NCBI GenBank assembly: GCA_030748895.1 | Contig: JASMLC010000003.1 | Span: forward strand, 78,594 to 142,593 | Source: Candidatus Poseidoniia archaeon | GTDB lineage: Archaea; Thermoplasmatota; Poseidoniia; MGIII; CG-Epi1 | DNA length: 64,000 nt | Direction: 5' to 3' | Part shown: positions 10,301-20,184 of the stretch, piece by piece | Position numbering within the stretch: the first letter of the stretch is position 1 | Layout: every line of letters begins with the position of its first letter | Program-made: the position numbers and the translations under genes | Notes under the pieces: model-generated | The model's input: only the letters and a program-made list of their open reading frames with translations | Databases searched by the model: none | Told to the model about the DNA's origin: nothing

Positions 10301-11866
10301 GGCCGGCGCGTCGTTGACCGCAATCGAGCCGCCCGAAAGCTGTGCGGCGTCGTTGGCACCATTGTTGGCGTCGAAAGCCACGCTGTGGGAGCCCCATGCC
10401 ATAGTGCCATTGTAGGCGTACTCGGCGCCAGCAGCGTCAGCCGGGCTCTCCGAGTCGTTGGTCCGCGAGAGCGAGAAGGAGCTGCCACCGACAGTGACGG
10501 TAATGGTCGAGGCGTTAGTGCCGTTGTACTCGTGGTAGCGGACCGAGAAGTTGAAGTCATTGTTCTCACCGGCACTCGTCGGGGAAACCGAAGAGTCAGT
10601 CAGCCACGGAACATCTGTGCGTACCCAAACCGAGCCCGTCTCCACGTTAGAGGCGTCCATGCTGTCGTTCGAACTGGCAGCGAACACCGTCTTACCAGCT
10701 GCGAATACCTGGCTGTGCTCGTACTGCTCACCGTTGGTATAGTCACCATCACCACCTGCGGAAGCCGTCATGGTGACCTCGGTCCCGCTACAGCCATCAC
10801 TCAGGTCATCGTCACCGACACAGAGCGTAATCGAGCTGGGCGCCTGACCATTGACATCGGTGTAAGTAACGGTCACCGTAGCTGGATTAATCGGCAGCTG
10901 CACCGTTGAAGGCGTCGCCGCAATGGAGCTCAGGACCGGTTCGTCATTAACGCGAGGGCCATCGTAGGTATCGGAGGTTGCGTCGGCCTCCCCGTCAGAA
11001 CTAGTGAAGTAGAAGCTATGCATCCCCAAGCCAAGGTCGTCTGCCTGAGTGAACGAATGCTCGTAAACCTCACCATTAGTGAAATCTCCATCGTTACTGC
11101 TGGAGGAGGACATTACGTAAGCCGGAGTCTCGCCGTCAATGTGCAAAATCACCTCATCACCTGAAGGAGCGTCGCCGTCAAGGTCGGTGTAAGTGACCTG
11201 GAAGCCCACCGAGTCACTCGCGGAGATGGGCCAGTTGGACTCTCCCGGAGAAACCTGGCCGCCCGTGAGAGTCGGGGCGCGGTTCTGCTGGACCAGCGGA
11301 AGGCTCAGGTCCCATGCTTCCTCGTCTCCGACCTGACACTCCTCGGTGGGGCCGACGAGCCAGATACAGCTCATGCTGGCTATGTAGAAGGTGACGTCCC
11401 CATGGTGCTCTGAGGGTGCCCAAGCAAATTCCCACGACAAAGATTCGTCTCCGTCATCTTCGGAGTTGCTCATGATGTAGTCGTAACCATCCGAAGCGGT
11501 AACGAGGGTTGTATCACCCACCTCAATCGAGAAATTGCCGACTGAGTCGCCATTACCGTTGATAACCACCATCTCAAAACCGAACTTGTCGTGACCGCTG
11601 CCACTCACAACTACGTCGATGTCTACGTCCTCGCCGGGCACGTACTCTTCAACGCTGAGCGTTACGTCCAGCGAACTCTCACCATCGTTGGGATTAGCGT
11701 CGGTGTGGCATGCGGACGACGTGCAGTCACCATCGCCCGGCGCGCTGGAATAGCCTGGGTCAAGATCTCCGCCCTGATGTCCCTGCACATAACCTGCAGC
11801 GATGATGACTATCACCGTCACAATCATGATACCTGCCAATAGTTGTTCCGGCCGACGTGTCAGCAT
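7370..11866 (-). CDS. Giant (about 1498 aa) surface protein: Reeler/choice-of-anchor-V-like domain, Ig-like/NEW3 repeats, two PKD domains, TM helix, coiled coil and acidic tail
   Basis: N-terminal hydrophobic segment; SSAPGDGDCTSSACH; repeats VTYTD.DG.APS...DGD.TNGE.YEHS; TNSGNADD/NTGNYDNTY; WDFGDG (PKD); TM FIVLVGGLVLGLLMAAAAY. ATG 11866 chosen. Confidence 0.8.
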   Translation of the reverse strand: MLTRRPEQLLAGIMIVTVIVIIAAGYVQGHQGGDLDPGYSSAPGDGDCTSSACHTDANPNDGESSLDVTLSVEEYVPGEDVDIDVVVSGSGHDKFGFEMVVINGNGDSVGNFSIEVGDTTLVTASDGYDYIMSNSEDDGDESLSWEFAWAPSEHHGDVTFYIASMSCIWLVGPTEECQVGDEEAWDLSLPLVQQNRAPTLTGGQVSPGESNWPISASDSVGFQVTYTDLDGDAPSGDEVILHIDGETPAYVMSSSSSNDGDFTNGEVYEHSFTQADDLGLGMHSFYFTSSDGEADATSDTYDGPRVNDEPVLSSIAATPSTVQLPINPATVTVTYTDVNGQAPSSITLCVGDDDLSDGCSGTEVTMTASAGGDGDYTNGEQYEHSQVFAAGKTVFAASSNDSMDASNVETGSVWVRTDVPWLTDSSVSPTSAGENNDFNFSVRYHEYNGTNASTITVTVGGSSFSLSRTNDSESPADAAGAEYAYNGTMAWGSHSVAFDANNGANDAAQLSGGSIAVNDAPAFTANGTAERAGDTYTFTASASDINEDDGDSLTVSADLQHYGILTLNDNSDGTYSATLDLADLIDRGGTRTVTFSATDSFGVPATGDAGTASFFVDYVGGADMDEPADTSGAPGDRTVTFTITNSGNADDIYTIGASNFASWDLSFPATVDVAYNSSATFDVTITVPFLTYGVMNQLDVDIASQNDGTATDSHSMGYSVGLVQGVAVTAVSSAQEGAPGSSTTHTFTVQNTGNYDNTYSISTSSSWASDASSSGMSLGMGEVRLVTVTHDVPAGAAHGAGDTVTLTATGGASDSDSADSSAGLVTGSSISLGAVSAAYPGDSFQISGTVTSTGNGDASYSFDISGNSEANGWATLNTTSTGVIAAGASFDFRVWISVPEDTPAGSSYSISVATDDDSASATLDIASDARSAGVSAADDSFLLNPGTSATTVVTVTNTGSVATNYAIVVTTGHDNLRFSTTSFRIAKGGFQTVQMTVMVPAGATAASSAGFTVTPSIDGTGASQAISITPNLPQDTSGWSLSTGGTLAGSAHTFTLSGADGALTIDWDFGDGSSMADGGASQDYTYAAAGDYTISLTATDGLGQVTSFSAAVTAANSAPLVPAPSVSEDEGITIDGNTVSVVEEHTVEFVLAVPSDDDGSIAMLVVDFGDGSQISFSGSDLTGQSTLNLKHAYAAPGTYQVQVTAVDNSGAVTTTVAQEVVVAEAQSVMVADNWNRSFIVLVGGLVLGLLMAAAAYNVRTSGFTGESMNKQERARLSDVEQRLETSKGREELLEVAAYDASRVATKLEAHLSAFNEILVKAQQIAATERLAELEAAEAAETAAEEQLKLDLAEPDMELLANRFHGTLTRLVDTRTELGQIEEQLAYVLKMERDEQFSKLTEITEAYESTQRKIEAIESVRTAREEAREESSLMDLLSGSGAAASTDEDFGFTDDYDDELGDDEEEYEVEIYEDEDGSFYYIDPDSGEEVPCDEDGNPL

Positions 11867-12046
11867 ATTTACACCTTTTTTGCGTGAGACGGAAGTCCTC
11901 CGTAATGGGCGGACTGACCTCTCTCGTAGCGCCTTCATACCCAAGGACTTTATTTAAATTTACTTGTTCGGTAAAGCGTCTTCCCGGCGCGCAGGAAACA
12001 GGTGGCGGGGCAAGCGGATAAATAGCTCAGGGCTTGCGCCGCCGCC

Positions 12047-13396
12047 ATGCCCGAAACGTCCCGATTCCGGCTGGTCCTGCCCGGTCCGGCCCTCAGCCTG
12101 GCGGTCGCCGCCGATGGCTCGACCATCGTTGCGGGGGACCGCAATGGAAACCTCACCGTCTCCGACGGGGATGGGGCGCTGCTGTGGCAGCGCAAGCTGG
12201 GCGAAGGCATCCACGGCGTCGCAGTCTCGCGCGACGGGCAGCGGATTGTCTGCGGCAGCAAGGATTGCCAGCTACGGATGTTCACCCGCGCGGGCGAGCT
12301 CGAGTGGGAGCAGCCGCTCGGCAAGTCGGTCTGGTCTTTAGCGATGGACCCCGGCGGCAGCTTCCTCGCCACAGGTACCGGCGACTCGGTCGCGTTCTAC
12401 ACCGACGGCGGCATACTCGTGTGGGAATACGAGACCGCGCGCGCGATGGTCGGCGTCAGCATCTCGCGGGCCGGGTCGCGGATTATCGCCTGCGGAGATG
12501 AGCAGCTCTTCTGCCTCGATGGCGATGGGGCGTTGCTGTGGCAGAAGAAGCGCGGCGACTCGCTCTGGGACGCCGCCATCAGCGAGGATGGCGGTCGCGT
12601 CTTCCTCGGCGGCTGGGACCGCAAGGTGCACTGCCTTGATGGTAGCGGCGATGAGCGCTGGGAATACCTTACCGACGGTTACGTGCGCGCAGTCTGCCCG
12701 ACCGCCGACGGCGGGGTGCTGGCCGCCTCGCACGACGGTTGCATCTACCGGCTCTCACCGGCCGGCGACGCGCTGGCGGTGCGGAGGCCGGGCGGCGAGC
12801 TGACCTCGGTGGGCTGTAGCGCCAGCCTCGCACTGGCAGTCGCCGGCACCGGCACCGACGTCGTCGCCTACAGTATGGACGCGGCTGACACGGCCGCGCC
12901 GGCAGCGGCGCCAGCCCCGGCGGCGCAGCCCGAGGAGGACAACCTGTTCGGCTTCGGGATGTTCGGCGACATCGAGCCCGACACCAGCGGGCTGGGCGAC
13001 TACGTGCCCGGCACCGCCGCCACGCCACCGGCAATCGGCACCGCGGGTGAAGGCGGCGAATTCCGTGAATTCGCCGCCGAGATGGTCAAGGAGGATGTAC
13101 GCAACTACCTGCGGCTCGGGAACGTCGCCTGGCGGGGGGGCCGCTTCGCGCGCGCGGCCGAGCATTACGAGCGGGCGACGCAGGTCGCGCCGGACGAGCC
13201 GCGCGGCTGGCACAATCTGGCGGTCTGCCGCTACTACCTCGCGCGCAAGTCCAACCCGGACGACATCGAGGGAGCGGTACGGCAGGCTTACGAGCCGCTG
13301 CGCAGCGCCAACCGTAGCAATACACAGTACGGGCCGGCGCTCGCGACACTTGAGTATTTTGCCGAGCTGCTGAAGCTGGAAGAAGATAGCAAGTAA
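12047..13396 (+). CDS. WD40/PQQ-like beta-propeller protein with C-terminal TPR
   Basis: Repeated 'G..LW' and 'AVS.DG' propeller blades; C-terminal AAEHYERATQVAPDEPRGWHNLA TPR. Confidence 0.8.
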   Translation: MPETSRFRLVLPGPALSLAVAADGSTIVAGDRNGNLTVSDGDGALLWQRKLGEGIHGVAVSRDGQRIVCGSKDCQLRMFTRAGELEWEQPLGKSVWSLAMDPGGSFLATGTGDSVAFYTDGGILVWEYETARAMVGVSISRAGSRIIACGDEQLFCLDGDGALLWQKKRGDSLWDAAISEDGGRVFLGGWDRKVHCLDGSGDERWEYLTDGYVRAVCPTADGGVLAASHDGCIYRLSPAGDALAVRRPGGELTSVGCSASLALAVAGTGTDVVAYSMDAADTAAPAAAPAPAAQPEEDNLFGFGMFGDIEPDTSGLGDYVPGTAATPPAIGTAGEGGEFREFAAEMVKEDVRNYLRLGNVAWRGGRFARAAEHYERATQVAPDEPRGWHNLAVCRYYLARKSNPDDIEGAVRQAYEPLRSANRSNTQYGPALATLEYFAELLKLEEDSK

Positions 13397-13398
13397 TT

Positions 13399-14466
13399 TC
13401 AGGTCAGCTCGACCACGGTCGCGAAGTAGTAGCTGTACTGGAGCGTCAGTACCCAGTCGTTGCCGCCGTCCAGATCCAGTATCAGGCCGACGGAGGGGGC
13501 GTTATGGCAGGTTACCGCCAGCGTCCAGTCGCCGCGGCCCTTGGCGCTGAAGTCGCCTCCCGCCAGCAGCTGCGCGTAGACATCGGCGCCCGATTCACCC
13601 TCTATCTCGCGCGCGGCTGGGATTGAGTCGAGGACCGTGAAGTTGACCGAGAGGTCGCCGCTAGTCGAGCGCGCCGTCTCGCGGGCGCCCCAGGCGCTGT
13701 TGCCCCGCAGCTCGAAATCATCGGGGAAGAGCCCCAGCGCATCCGCCGCTTCGTCCTCGCTCCACTCGAGGCGGAGTGTGACGCTGGTGACGTTGTAGGG
13801 CAGCGTCTCGAGCCATTCGGTCATGTCGCCCTCCGCGGTGTAGCCCGGGACGTTCACCGTGCGGGTGGTCTCGGTGAAGCCGATGCTGTAGTTGCGCAGC
13901 CGCACCTCGGCCCAGGTCGATGCCGTGGCGTTCAGCCCTTCGGCATCGGTGACGACCAGCGTGACCGAGTAGTTGCCGGGTGCCGAGTAGTTGTGGAACG
14001 GTCGCGCCCCCGAACCAAGCGCGCCGTCGCCGAAGTCCCACGCCCAGGCGAGGACGCCTTCGGGGTCGCTCGAGTTGGAGCCGTCGAACCGCAGCTGCTC
14101 GTGCACGCGTGCCGCCAGTCCGGGGCCGGCGTCGGCGGTCGGCGGCAGGTTGCGGTGCAGGATTTCGACGCTGGCGCTCGCCGCGCCGGTCGCGCCATCC
14201 GGGGCGACGGCAGTCAGCCGCACCGCGTAGGTGCCTTCGCCAGCGTAGGTGTGGGCTGGCGCCGCACCAACAATACCGTTGCCGTCGCCGAATTCCCAGT
14301 AATATTTCGTGCCGGATGGCTGCGGGCCGAGCAGACTGAATTGCGCCGGGTCGCCCTCGATAACACCTTCCGGCACCATAATCTCGACGTCCTCCAGCGT
14401 CCCCGGTCCGGCGTCGAGGCAGCCGGCGGCGAGCAGGAGGGCAGCGAGCAGCAGGGCAGGGCGCAC
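13399..14466 (-). CDS. PKD-domain lipoprotein
   Basis: Lipobox LAAGC after a hydrophobic stretch (GTG 14466); two PKD motifs, WEFGDG and WDFGDG. Confidence 0.8.
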   Translation of the reverse strand: MRPALLLAALLLAAGCLDAGPGTLEDVEIMVPEGVIEGDPAQFSLLGPQPSGTKYYWEFGDGNGIVGAAPAHTYAGEGTYAVRLTAVAPDGATGAASASVEILHRNLPPTADAGPGLAARVHEQLRFDGSNSSDPEGVLAWAWDFGDGALGSGARPFHNYSAPGNYSVTLVVTDAEGLNATASTWAEVRLRNYSIGFTETTRTVNVPGYTAEGDMTEWLETLPYNVTSVTLRLEWSEDEAADALGLFPDDFELRGNSAWGARETARSTSGDLSVNFTVLDSIPAAREIEGESGADVYAQLLAGGDFSAKGRGDWTLAVTCHNAPSVGLILDLDGGNDWVLTLQYSYYFATVVELT

Positions 14467-14548
14467 GCGGGCGCAGCCGCATGGCGTTAAAGGATTGTGC
14501 GCGACCATACCTATTTAGCACTCCAGCGGCGGTGGCGCGCCGATTTCA

Positions 14549-15262
14549 ATGCAGGCAGGCCACATGGCGTATGACCGCGCCATCACCGTATTCTCGCCCG
14601 ACGGGCGGCTCTTCCAGGTCGAATACGCCCGCGAAGCGGTCAAGCGCGGTACCACGACCGTTGGTATCAAGTTCAAGGATGGAGTAGTACTGATTGTCGA
14701 CAAACGGCTCAGCTCGAAGCTCATCGAGCCCGACTCGATTGAGAAAATGTTCAAGATTGACAACCATGTCGGCTGCGCCACTTCGGGGCTGGTCGCCGAC
14801 GCGCGGGCGCTGGTCGACCGCGCGCGGGTCGAGTGTCAGGTTAACGCCTTCAACTACGAGGAGAAAATCCCAGTCGAGGCGCTGGTCAAGAAGCTCTGTG
14901 ACTTCAAGCAGAGCTACACCCAGTACGGCGGCGTGCGGCCTTTCGGGACTGCGCTGCTGATGGCGGGCGTCGATGAGACGGGACCGCACCTCTACGAAAC
15001 CGACCCCTCGGGCGCGATGATGGCGTACAAGGCGGGCGGCATCGGTGCCGGGCGCAACGAAGTCATGGAAGTCTTCGAGGATAACTACAAGGAAGGGATG
15101 ACGCAGGCGCAGGCAATCGCCCTCGGCCTGAAGGCGCTGGCAGCAGCCAACGAACATAAGCTGAAGCCCGAAATCATCGAGATTGCGGTGGTCTCCGCCA
15201 AGCAGGAATTCCACACCCTTTCCAAGGCTGACGTGAAGAAGGCAGTCTCCAAAACCAAGTAA
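14549..15262 (+). CDS. psmA: Proteasome subunit alpha
   Basis: [24 protein letters not shown] and [10 protein letters not shown]. Confidence 0.97.
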   Translation: MQAGHMAYDRAITVFSPDGRLFQVEYAREAVKRGTTTVGIKFKDGVVLIVDKRLSSKLIEPDSIEKMFKIDNHVGCATSGLVADARALVDRARVECQVNAFNYEEKIPVEALVKKLCDFKQSYTQYGGVRPFGTALLMAGVDETGPHLYETDPSGAMMAYKAGGIGAGRNEVMEVFEDNYKEGMTQAQAIALGLKALAAANEHKLKPEIIEIAVVSAKQEFHTLSKADVKKAVSKTK

Positions 15263-15954
15263 TGGTATCGCTGGACGAGGCGGTAATTGCGCGCCTCGAA
15301 TCCGGCGGCCACAAGTTCGAAATCCTGATTGACCCCGAAGCGGCGCAGGCGTTCCGCGAAAATGGCGAAATTGACTGGGACGACGCGCTCGCGACCGAAG
15401 GCGTCTGGAGCGACTCGGCCAAGGGCGAACACGCTGGCGACGAAGCGGTGCAGGAAGTGTTCGGCACGCTCGAGCTTGAGGCGGTCTGCACTGCCATCCT
15501 CGAGCGAGGCGACATCCAGCTCACCGCGGCGCAGCGCAAGGAAATGGTCGAGCGGCGGCACAGGCAGCTAGTGGCGCACATCGCCTCGGCAGCGATGAAT
15601 CCGCAGACCGGCGCGCCACACCCGCCGCAGCGCATCGAAAATGCCTTGGCCGAAGCAAAGTTCGCGGTCGACCCGCTCGAAGCGCTCGAGCGGCAGGTCG
15701 AGCGCGCGGTGAAGGCACTGCGGCCGCTGCTGCCGATTTCGTTCGAGAAGATGCGTGTCGCCGTGCGGATTCCGGCGCAGCACGTCGGCCGCTGCTACGG
15801 CGAGATGAAGGCGCTCGCCAGCATCACGCAGGAGGAATACCAGTCGGACGGCAGCTGGATTGCGGTGCTTGAACTGGCGGCTGGCGCGCACGCCGACCTG
15901 CTCGACCGGCTCGGCTCGCTGACGCACGGCACCGCCGAGACGAAGCAGCTTTAG
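15262..15954 (+). CDS. Ribosome maturation factor SBDS/Sdo1
   Basis: VIARL...FEIL, GDIQLTAAQR and NPQTGAPHPPQRIENA; conserved position after psmA. Confidence 0.95.
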   Translation: MVSLDEAVIARLESGGHKFEILIDPEAAQAFRENGEIDWDDALATEGVWSDSAKGEHAGDEAVQEVFGTLELEAVCTAILERGDIQLTAAQRKEMVERRHRQLVAHIASAAMNPQTGAPHPPQRIENALAEAKFAVDPLEALERQVERAVKALRPLLPISFEKMRVAVRIPAQHVGRCYGEMKALASITQEEYQSDGSWIAVLELAAGAHADLLDRLGSLTHGTAETKQL

Positions 15955-16054
15955 CGCGAGGCGCGGGCGACGGGGACGGCGCAACAGGCCAAGCTTCAAA
16001 TACCGCACGAAGTCCGCGCCGACACACGCAAGGCAAAGAAAGGAGTGATTTCTT

Positions 16055-16726
16055 ATGACAAAATCTTCATCTAAACAAGCCAGCGGCAGGTCTGTCCTGC
16101 TGCCGGGCGACAAGCTGGAAGCCGACCAGAAGGCCGGTTCCGGAACCTTCCGCCGCGACGGAGAGGCGCACACCGCCGTGCTCGGCTTTTCGAGCGAGAG
16201 TTCCGGCTACACCAACGTCCAGCCGATAGCGGGGCGCTACAGCCCGCGCGTCGGCGACAAGGTCGTCGCGGTCTGTGTCGAGACCGGCCCTTCGCTCTGG
16301 CGCATGGACATCGGCGCGTTCCAGAACTCGATGCTGCACCACAGCGAGACTGACTGGAAGGTGGACTTCGGCGATACCGCCAGCTTCATCGGCATCGGTG
16401 ACGCGGCGCTGGCCGAGGTATACATGGTCGACGGCAGCGGCAGCCACCAGGTCACCCTGAAGAAGAACGACTGCCGCAAACTCTATGCCGGTACCATCGT
16501 CCATGTTGCGCCCACGTGCGTGAACCGCGTGATTGGCAAGCAGGGATCGATGATTACACTAATTCGCGAAAAGACGGGATGCCGCATCCAGGCCGGCCAG
16601 AACGGCTTAATCTGGATAGATGGCGAACCCGACCAGATTGCCCGCGCCCAGCAGGCAGTCGAGACTATTTCCCGCGAGGCAACTAGCAGCGGGCTGACGG
16701 AGAAAATCGAAAAACTACTGGAGTGA
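16055..16726 (+). CDS. rrp4: Exosome RNA-binding subunit Rrp4
   Basis: [10 protein letters not shown] (S1), [10 protein letters not shown] (KH) and GQNGLIWI; SD-like AGGAGTGA upstream. Confidence 0.92.
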   Translation: MTKSSSKQASGRSVLLPGDKLEADQKAGSGTFRRDGEAHTAVLGFSSESSGYTNVQPIAGRYSPRVGDKVVAVCVETGPSLWRMDIGAFQNSMLHHSETDWKVDFGDTASFIGIGDAALAEVYMVDGSGSHQVTLKKNDCRKLYAGTIVHVAPTCVNRVIGKQGSMITLIREKTGCRIQAGQNGLIWIDGEPDQIARAQQAVETISREATSSGLTEKIEKLLE

Positions 16727-16730
16727 AAAC

Positions 16731-17459
16731 ATGGCAGGCGGAGACAGCGATATCGAATTTATCAACAAGAAAGGCAAGCGGCTCGACGGTCGTAAGCCAG
16801 ACGAGTTGCGCGACGTACGCATCGAGGCCGGCGTGCTGAACCGCGCCGACGGGTCATGCTACCTGGAGTGGGGCAACAACAAGGTGTACGCCGGGGTTTT
16901 CGGCCCCATCGAGTGCCACCCGCGCCACAAGCAGCAGCAGGACCGCGCCATCGTTCAGGCGCGCTACACCATGGCGCCTTTCAGCGTCAACGACCGCAAG
17001 CGGCCCGGCTACGACCGCCGCTCGAGCGAGATTTCCTACATCGTTTCGCAGGCGCTGGAGCGCGTCGTGATGGTCGAGCAGTTCCCGCGTGCCGCCATCC
17101 GGGTGGACATGCAGGTCGTCGAGGCGCACGCCGGCACCCGCTGCGCGGCGCTGACGGCGGCATCGGTCGCGCTGGCTGACGCCGGCATCCCGATGCGCGA
17201 CATCATCCCGTCCTGCGCGGCGGGCAAGGTGAGCGACACCGTCGTGCTCGACCTGAACAAGGAAGAAGATAACTACGGGCAGGCGGACCTTCCGCTCGCC
17301 ATCGTGCCTTCGACGGGCGAAGTGGTGCTGCTCCAGCTGGACGGCCACCTGACTCCCGAGGAGTTCGAGCAGGCGCTCGACATGGCGTATAACGGCTGTA
17401 TGGACCTTTACGAAATCCAGCGGGCTGCACTTGCCAACCGCTACGGAGGCAACGCATGA
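16731..17459 (+). CDS. rrp41: Exosome exonuclease Rrp41
   Basis: [34 protein letters not shown] and EEDNYGQAD. Confidence 0.96.
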   Translation: MAGGDSDIEFINKKGKRLDGRKPDELRDVRIEAGVLNRADGSCYLEWGNNKVYAGVFGPIECHPRHKQQQDRAIVQARYTMAPFSVNDRKRPGYDRRSSEISYIVSQALERVVMVEQFPRAAIRVDMQVVEAHAGTRCAALTAASVALADAGIPMRDIIPSCAAGKVSDTVVLDLNKEEDNYGQADLPLAIVPSTGEVVLLQLDGHLTPEEFEQALDMAYNGCMDLYEIQRAALANRYGGNA

Positions 17460-18244
17460 GCTCTGCTACCGTAGCCAACCTGATGCGCGGGCACATCGAG
17501 AAGCTCGCCGCAGACGGCAAGCGCACCGACGGACGCGAGACCAACGAGTTCCGCGGCGTCAGCATCGAGACCGGACTCATCGGCACCGCCGAGGGGTCTT
17601 CGCGCGTCAGCCTGGGCGATACCACGGTGATGTGCGGCGTCAAGCTGCTGGTCGGCACGCCCTACCCCGATTCCCCGGGACGCGGCAGCATGACCACCAC
17701 CGCCGAGCTGGCGTGCCTCGCTTCGGAGCAGTTCGAGCCCGGGCCGCCGCGTGAGCCCGCTATCGAGCTGGCACGCGTCGTCGACCGTGGCATCCGCGAG
17801 TCGCAGATGATTGACTTCGAGGGTCTCTGCATCGAGCATGGTGCAAAGGTGTGGATTGTCTTCATCGACATGCACATCCTGGACCACGGCGGCAACCTGT
17901 TCGACTGCTGCACGCTTGCCGCCGCGTCAGCGCTTTCGAACGCGAAAATCCCCAACGTCCAGCACGGCATCGCCGACAAGGACGTCGACCTGCCCATCAG
18001 TTGCTGGCCCATCTCCTGCACCTTCGCCAAGCTCGGGGAAGCCATCGTGCTCGACCCGAACCACGACGAGGAGACGGTGATGAGCGCACGGCTGACCGTG
18101 GCGCACGATGAGAACGGCAACCTGCGGGCGATGCAGAAGGGCTACAGCGGCGCCTTCACCCCCGATGAAATCAAGGCTTCAGTCAAGACCGCGCGTACCG
18201 CCGATAAGGTTTTACGCAAGGCGCTGAAAGAGGCCACGAAATGA
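17456..18244 (+). CDS. rrp42: Exosome subunit Rrp42
   Basis: [24 protein letters not shown] and DHGGNLFD. Confidence 0.96.
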   Translation: MSSATVANLMRGHIEKLAADGKRTDGRETNEFRGVSIETGLIGTAEGSSRVSLGDTTVMCGVKLLVGTPYPDSPGRGSMTTTAELACLASEQFEPGPPREPAIELARVVDRGIRESQMIDFEGLCIEHGAKVWIVFIDMHILDHGGNLFDCCTLAAASALSNAKIPNVQHGIADKDVDLPISCWPISCTFAKLGEAIVLDPNHDEETVMSARLTVAHDENGNLRAMQKGYSGAFTPDEIKASVKTARTADKVLRKALKEATK

Positions 18245-18471
18245 GTCAGGGAACCCGTAAGGTTGGCAGCACCGGCCGCTTCGGCCCGCGCTACGGCGTC
18301 TCCGTCAGGCGACGCATCGGCTCGGTCGAGGCAAAGCAACGCAAATGGCACGACTGCCCCGAGTGCACCAAACCGCGCGTGCGGCGCGTCTCGACTGGCA
18401 TCTATCGCTGCCGCAGCTGCGGACTCGAGTTCGCCAGCGGCGCCTACTACCCGACTCCGGTGGAGAAGTAA
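18241..18471 (+). CDS. rpl37ae: 50S ribosomal protein L37Ae (eL43)
   Basis: GRFGPRYG and CPEC...TGIYRCRSC zinc ribbon. Confidence 0.95.
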   Translation: MSQGTRKVGSTGRFGPRYGVSVRRRIGSVEAKQRKWHDCPECTKPRVRRVSTGIYRCRSCGLEFASGAYYPTPVEK

Positions 18472-18611
18472 TGGTCAACTACAAATGCTCGGTCTGCGGC
18501 ACTTCGCTCGAGATGGACCTTGAGACGCTCGGGCTGACCTGTCGCAAGTGCGGCAACAAGATTTTCTACAAGAAGCGCCCTTCGACCAAGAAGACAGTCA
18601 TATCTGACTGA
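18471..18611 (+). CDS. rpoP: RNA polymerase subunit P (Rpo12)
   Basis: MVNYKCSVCG...CRKCGNKIFYKKRP; ATG overlaps the rpl37ae stop. Confidence 0.92.
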   Translation: MVNYKCSVCGTSLEMDLETLGLTCRKCGNKIFYKKRPSTKKTVISD

Positions 18612-18841
18612 TGCGCGCGTCGCTCGACCTGCGCACCGGCCCCCGCACGGCGGCGGTCGCGGCTGCGCTCGCTCCCGAAGTCGAGGCGGGCGTCCCCAAA
18701 GTCAAGCTGGAGATGAGCAGCGCCGGCGAGCGACTGCGGCTCGAGCTCGAGGCCGAAGACCTTGTCAGCCTGCGCGCCGCGCTCAATTCCTTTTTAGGCT
18801 GGGCCGCCTGCGCGCAGCAGGTGGCTGAAAATGGCGACTGA
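18611..18841 (+). CDS. pcc1: KEOPS complex subunit Pcc1
   Basis: ALAPE...LELEAEDLVSLRAALNSFL; conserved operon position. Confidence 0.85.
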   Translation: MRASLDLRTGPRTAAVAAALAPEVEAGVPKVKLEMSSAGERLRLELEAEDLVSLRAALNSFLGWAACAQQVAENGD

Positions 18842-19214
18842 CCCGATTCCCGACGACGTGCGGCAGCAGCTGGAGCAGTTCGAGCAGCTGCGGCAGCAGG
18901 CGCAGGCGCTGGCACAGCAGCAGTCGCAGGTCGAGATGGCGGTGCGCGAGGCGGTGCGCACGCTCGAGGAGCTGGATGAGGTCGCGGCCGATACGCCGCT
19001 CTACCGCGCCAGCGGCGCCATCATGGTGCGCGTCGACGACCTGAAGAAGCTGAAGAGCGACCTGAAGGAAGAGCAGGAGACGCTCGAGCTGCGGACGAAA
19101 ACGCTCAAAACGCAAATCGATAAGCTGAATACCCAGTTGCAGGAGATGCAGACACGGCTGACGCCGGTGCTACAGCGGCTGCAGGGTCCGGGTGGTCCCG
19201 GTGCCGGCTCCTGA
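18831..19214 (+). CDS. pfdB: Prefoldin subunit beta
   Basis: Coiled coil-hairpin (LYRASGAIMV)-coiled coil; conserved operon position. Confidence 0.92.
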   Translation: MATDPIPDDVRQQLEQFEQLRQQAQALAQQQSQVEMAVREAVRTLEELDEVAADTPLYRASGAIMVRVDDLKKLKSDLKEEQETLELRTKTLKTQIDKLNTQLQEMQTRLTPVLQRLQGPGGPGAGS

Positions 19215-20163
19215 CCCTGCCGCGCTGGAGGCGGCGCTCGCGCGCGAGCTGCTGCTGCTGGTCCACCACCACGGTGACGCCGACTCGGTCGGCTGCGCCA
19301 TCGCGCTCGCGGAAGCGTTCCCCGGCGCGCGCATCTCCGCCACCGACGGGCTGAGCGCCGCCGGCAAGGTGATGGCAGAGCGGCTCGAGGTCGAAATCGA
19401 GCCCGGACCGCCCGCGAGCTGGGACGGCACCGTGGTCGTCATCGATACATCCAGCCCGGAGCACTGCGCGCCGCTGCCCACCTGCCGCAGCGTAGTGGTG
19501 ATTGACCATCACCAGACCGCGGGCGAATGGCCTGCGGGAACGTTGCTAATACACGAGCCGGAGGCGAAGAGCACCGCCGAAATCGTGACGCGCCTGATTC
19601 CGGAGCTGGGCATCGAGCTGACGCCGCAGATGGCGTTGCCGTTACTCGCCGGCGTCTACGCCGATACCGGCCACTTCCGCCACGCGACGCACGACAGCTT
19701 CGCGGCGGCGCAGGCGCTCACCGCCGCCGGCGGGGAGCCCCGTCAGGCGATGGTGCTGCTCGACCGCGTGCGGCCGCAGCAGCAGCGCACGACGTTCCTG
19801 AAGGCGGCGCAACGGCTCAAGTTTTCGCAAGAGGGCAAGTGGCTGCTGGCGACGACCCGCACCGGCTCGTTCGAGTCGGGGACGGCGCGGCTGATGGTGG
19901 CGCTGGGCGCCGACGTCGCGCTCGCCGCTTCGGGCAACAGGAAAGGGCAGGTGCGAATTTCGAGCCGTGCGTCGAGCGCGGCCATCGAGGCGGGGCTGAA
20001 CCTGGCGCAGCTGCTCGAGGCGCTGGCCGACGAGCAGTCCGGCTCGGCTGGTGGCCATCCGGGGGCGGCCGGCTTCCAGGCGCGGGGCGACCCCGACGCG
20101 CTGCTGGCGATGGCGCGGCGAGAGTGCATCGCGCAGCTGAAATCGCTAGCCGAAGGCGCTTAA
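19192..20163 (+). CDS. DHH family phosphoesterase (NrnA-like)
   Basis: HHHGDADS, VIDHH, GVYADTGHF and GGHPGAAG. Confidence 0.88.
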   Translation: MVPVPAPDPAALEAALARELLLLVHHHGDADSVGCAIALAEAFPGARISATDGLSAAGKVMAERLEVEIEPGPPASWDGTVVVIDTSSPEHCAPLPTCRSVVVIDHHQTAGEWPAGTLLIHEPEAKSTAEIVTRLIPELGIELTPQMALPLLAGVYADTGHFRHATHDSFAAAQALTAAGGEPRQAMVLLDRVRPQQQRTTFLKAAQRLKFSQEGKWLLATTRTGSFESGTARLMVALGADVALAASGNRKGQVRISSRASSAAIEAGLNLAQLLEALADEQSGSAGGHPGAAGFQARGDPDALLAMARRECIAQLKSLAEGA

Positions 20164-20184
20164 CCGGGGGGCAGCTGGCGCAGG

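Noticed and set aside
14549-20163. Proteasome-exosome superoperon as a novelty
   Set aside because: This is a well-known conserved archaeal gene cluster.
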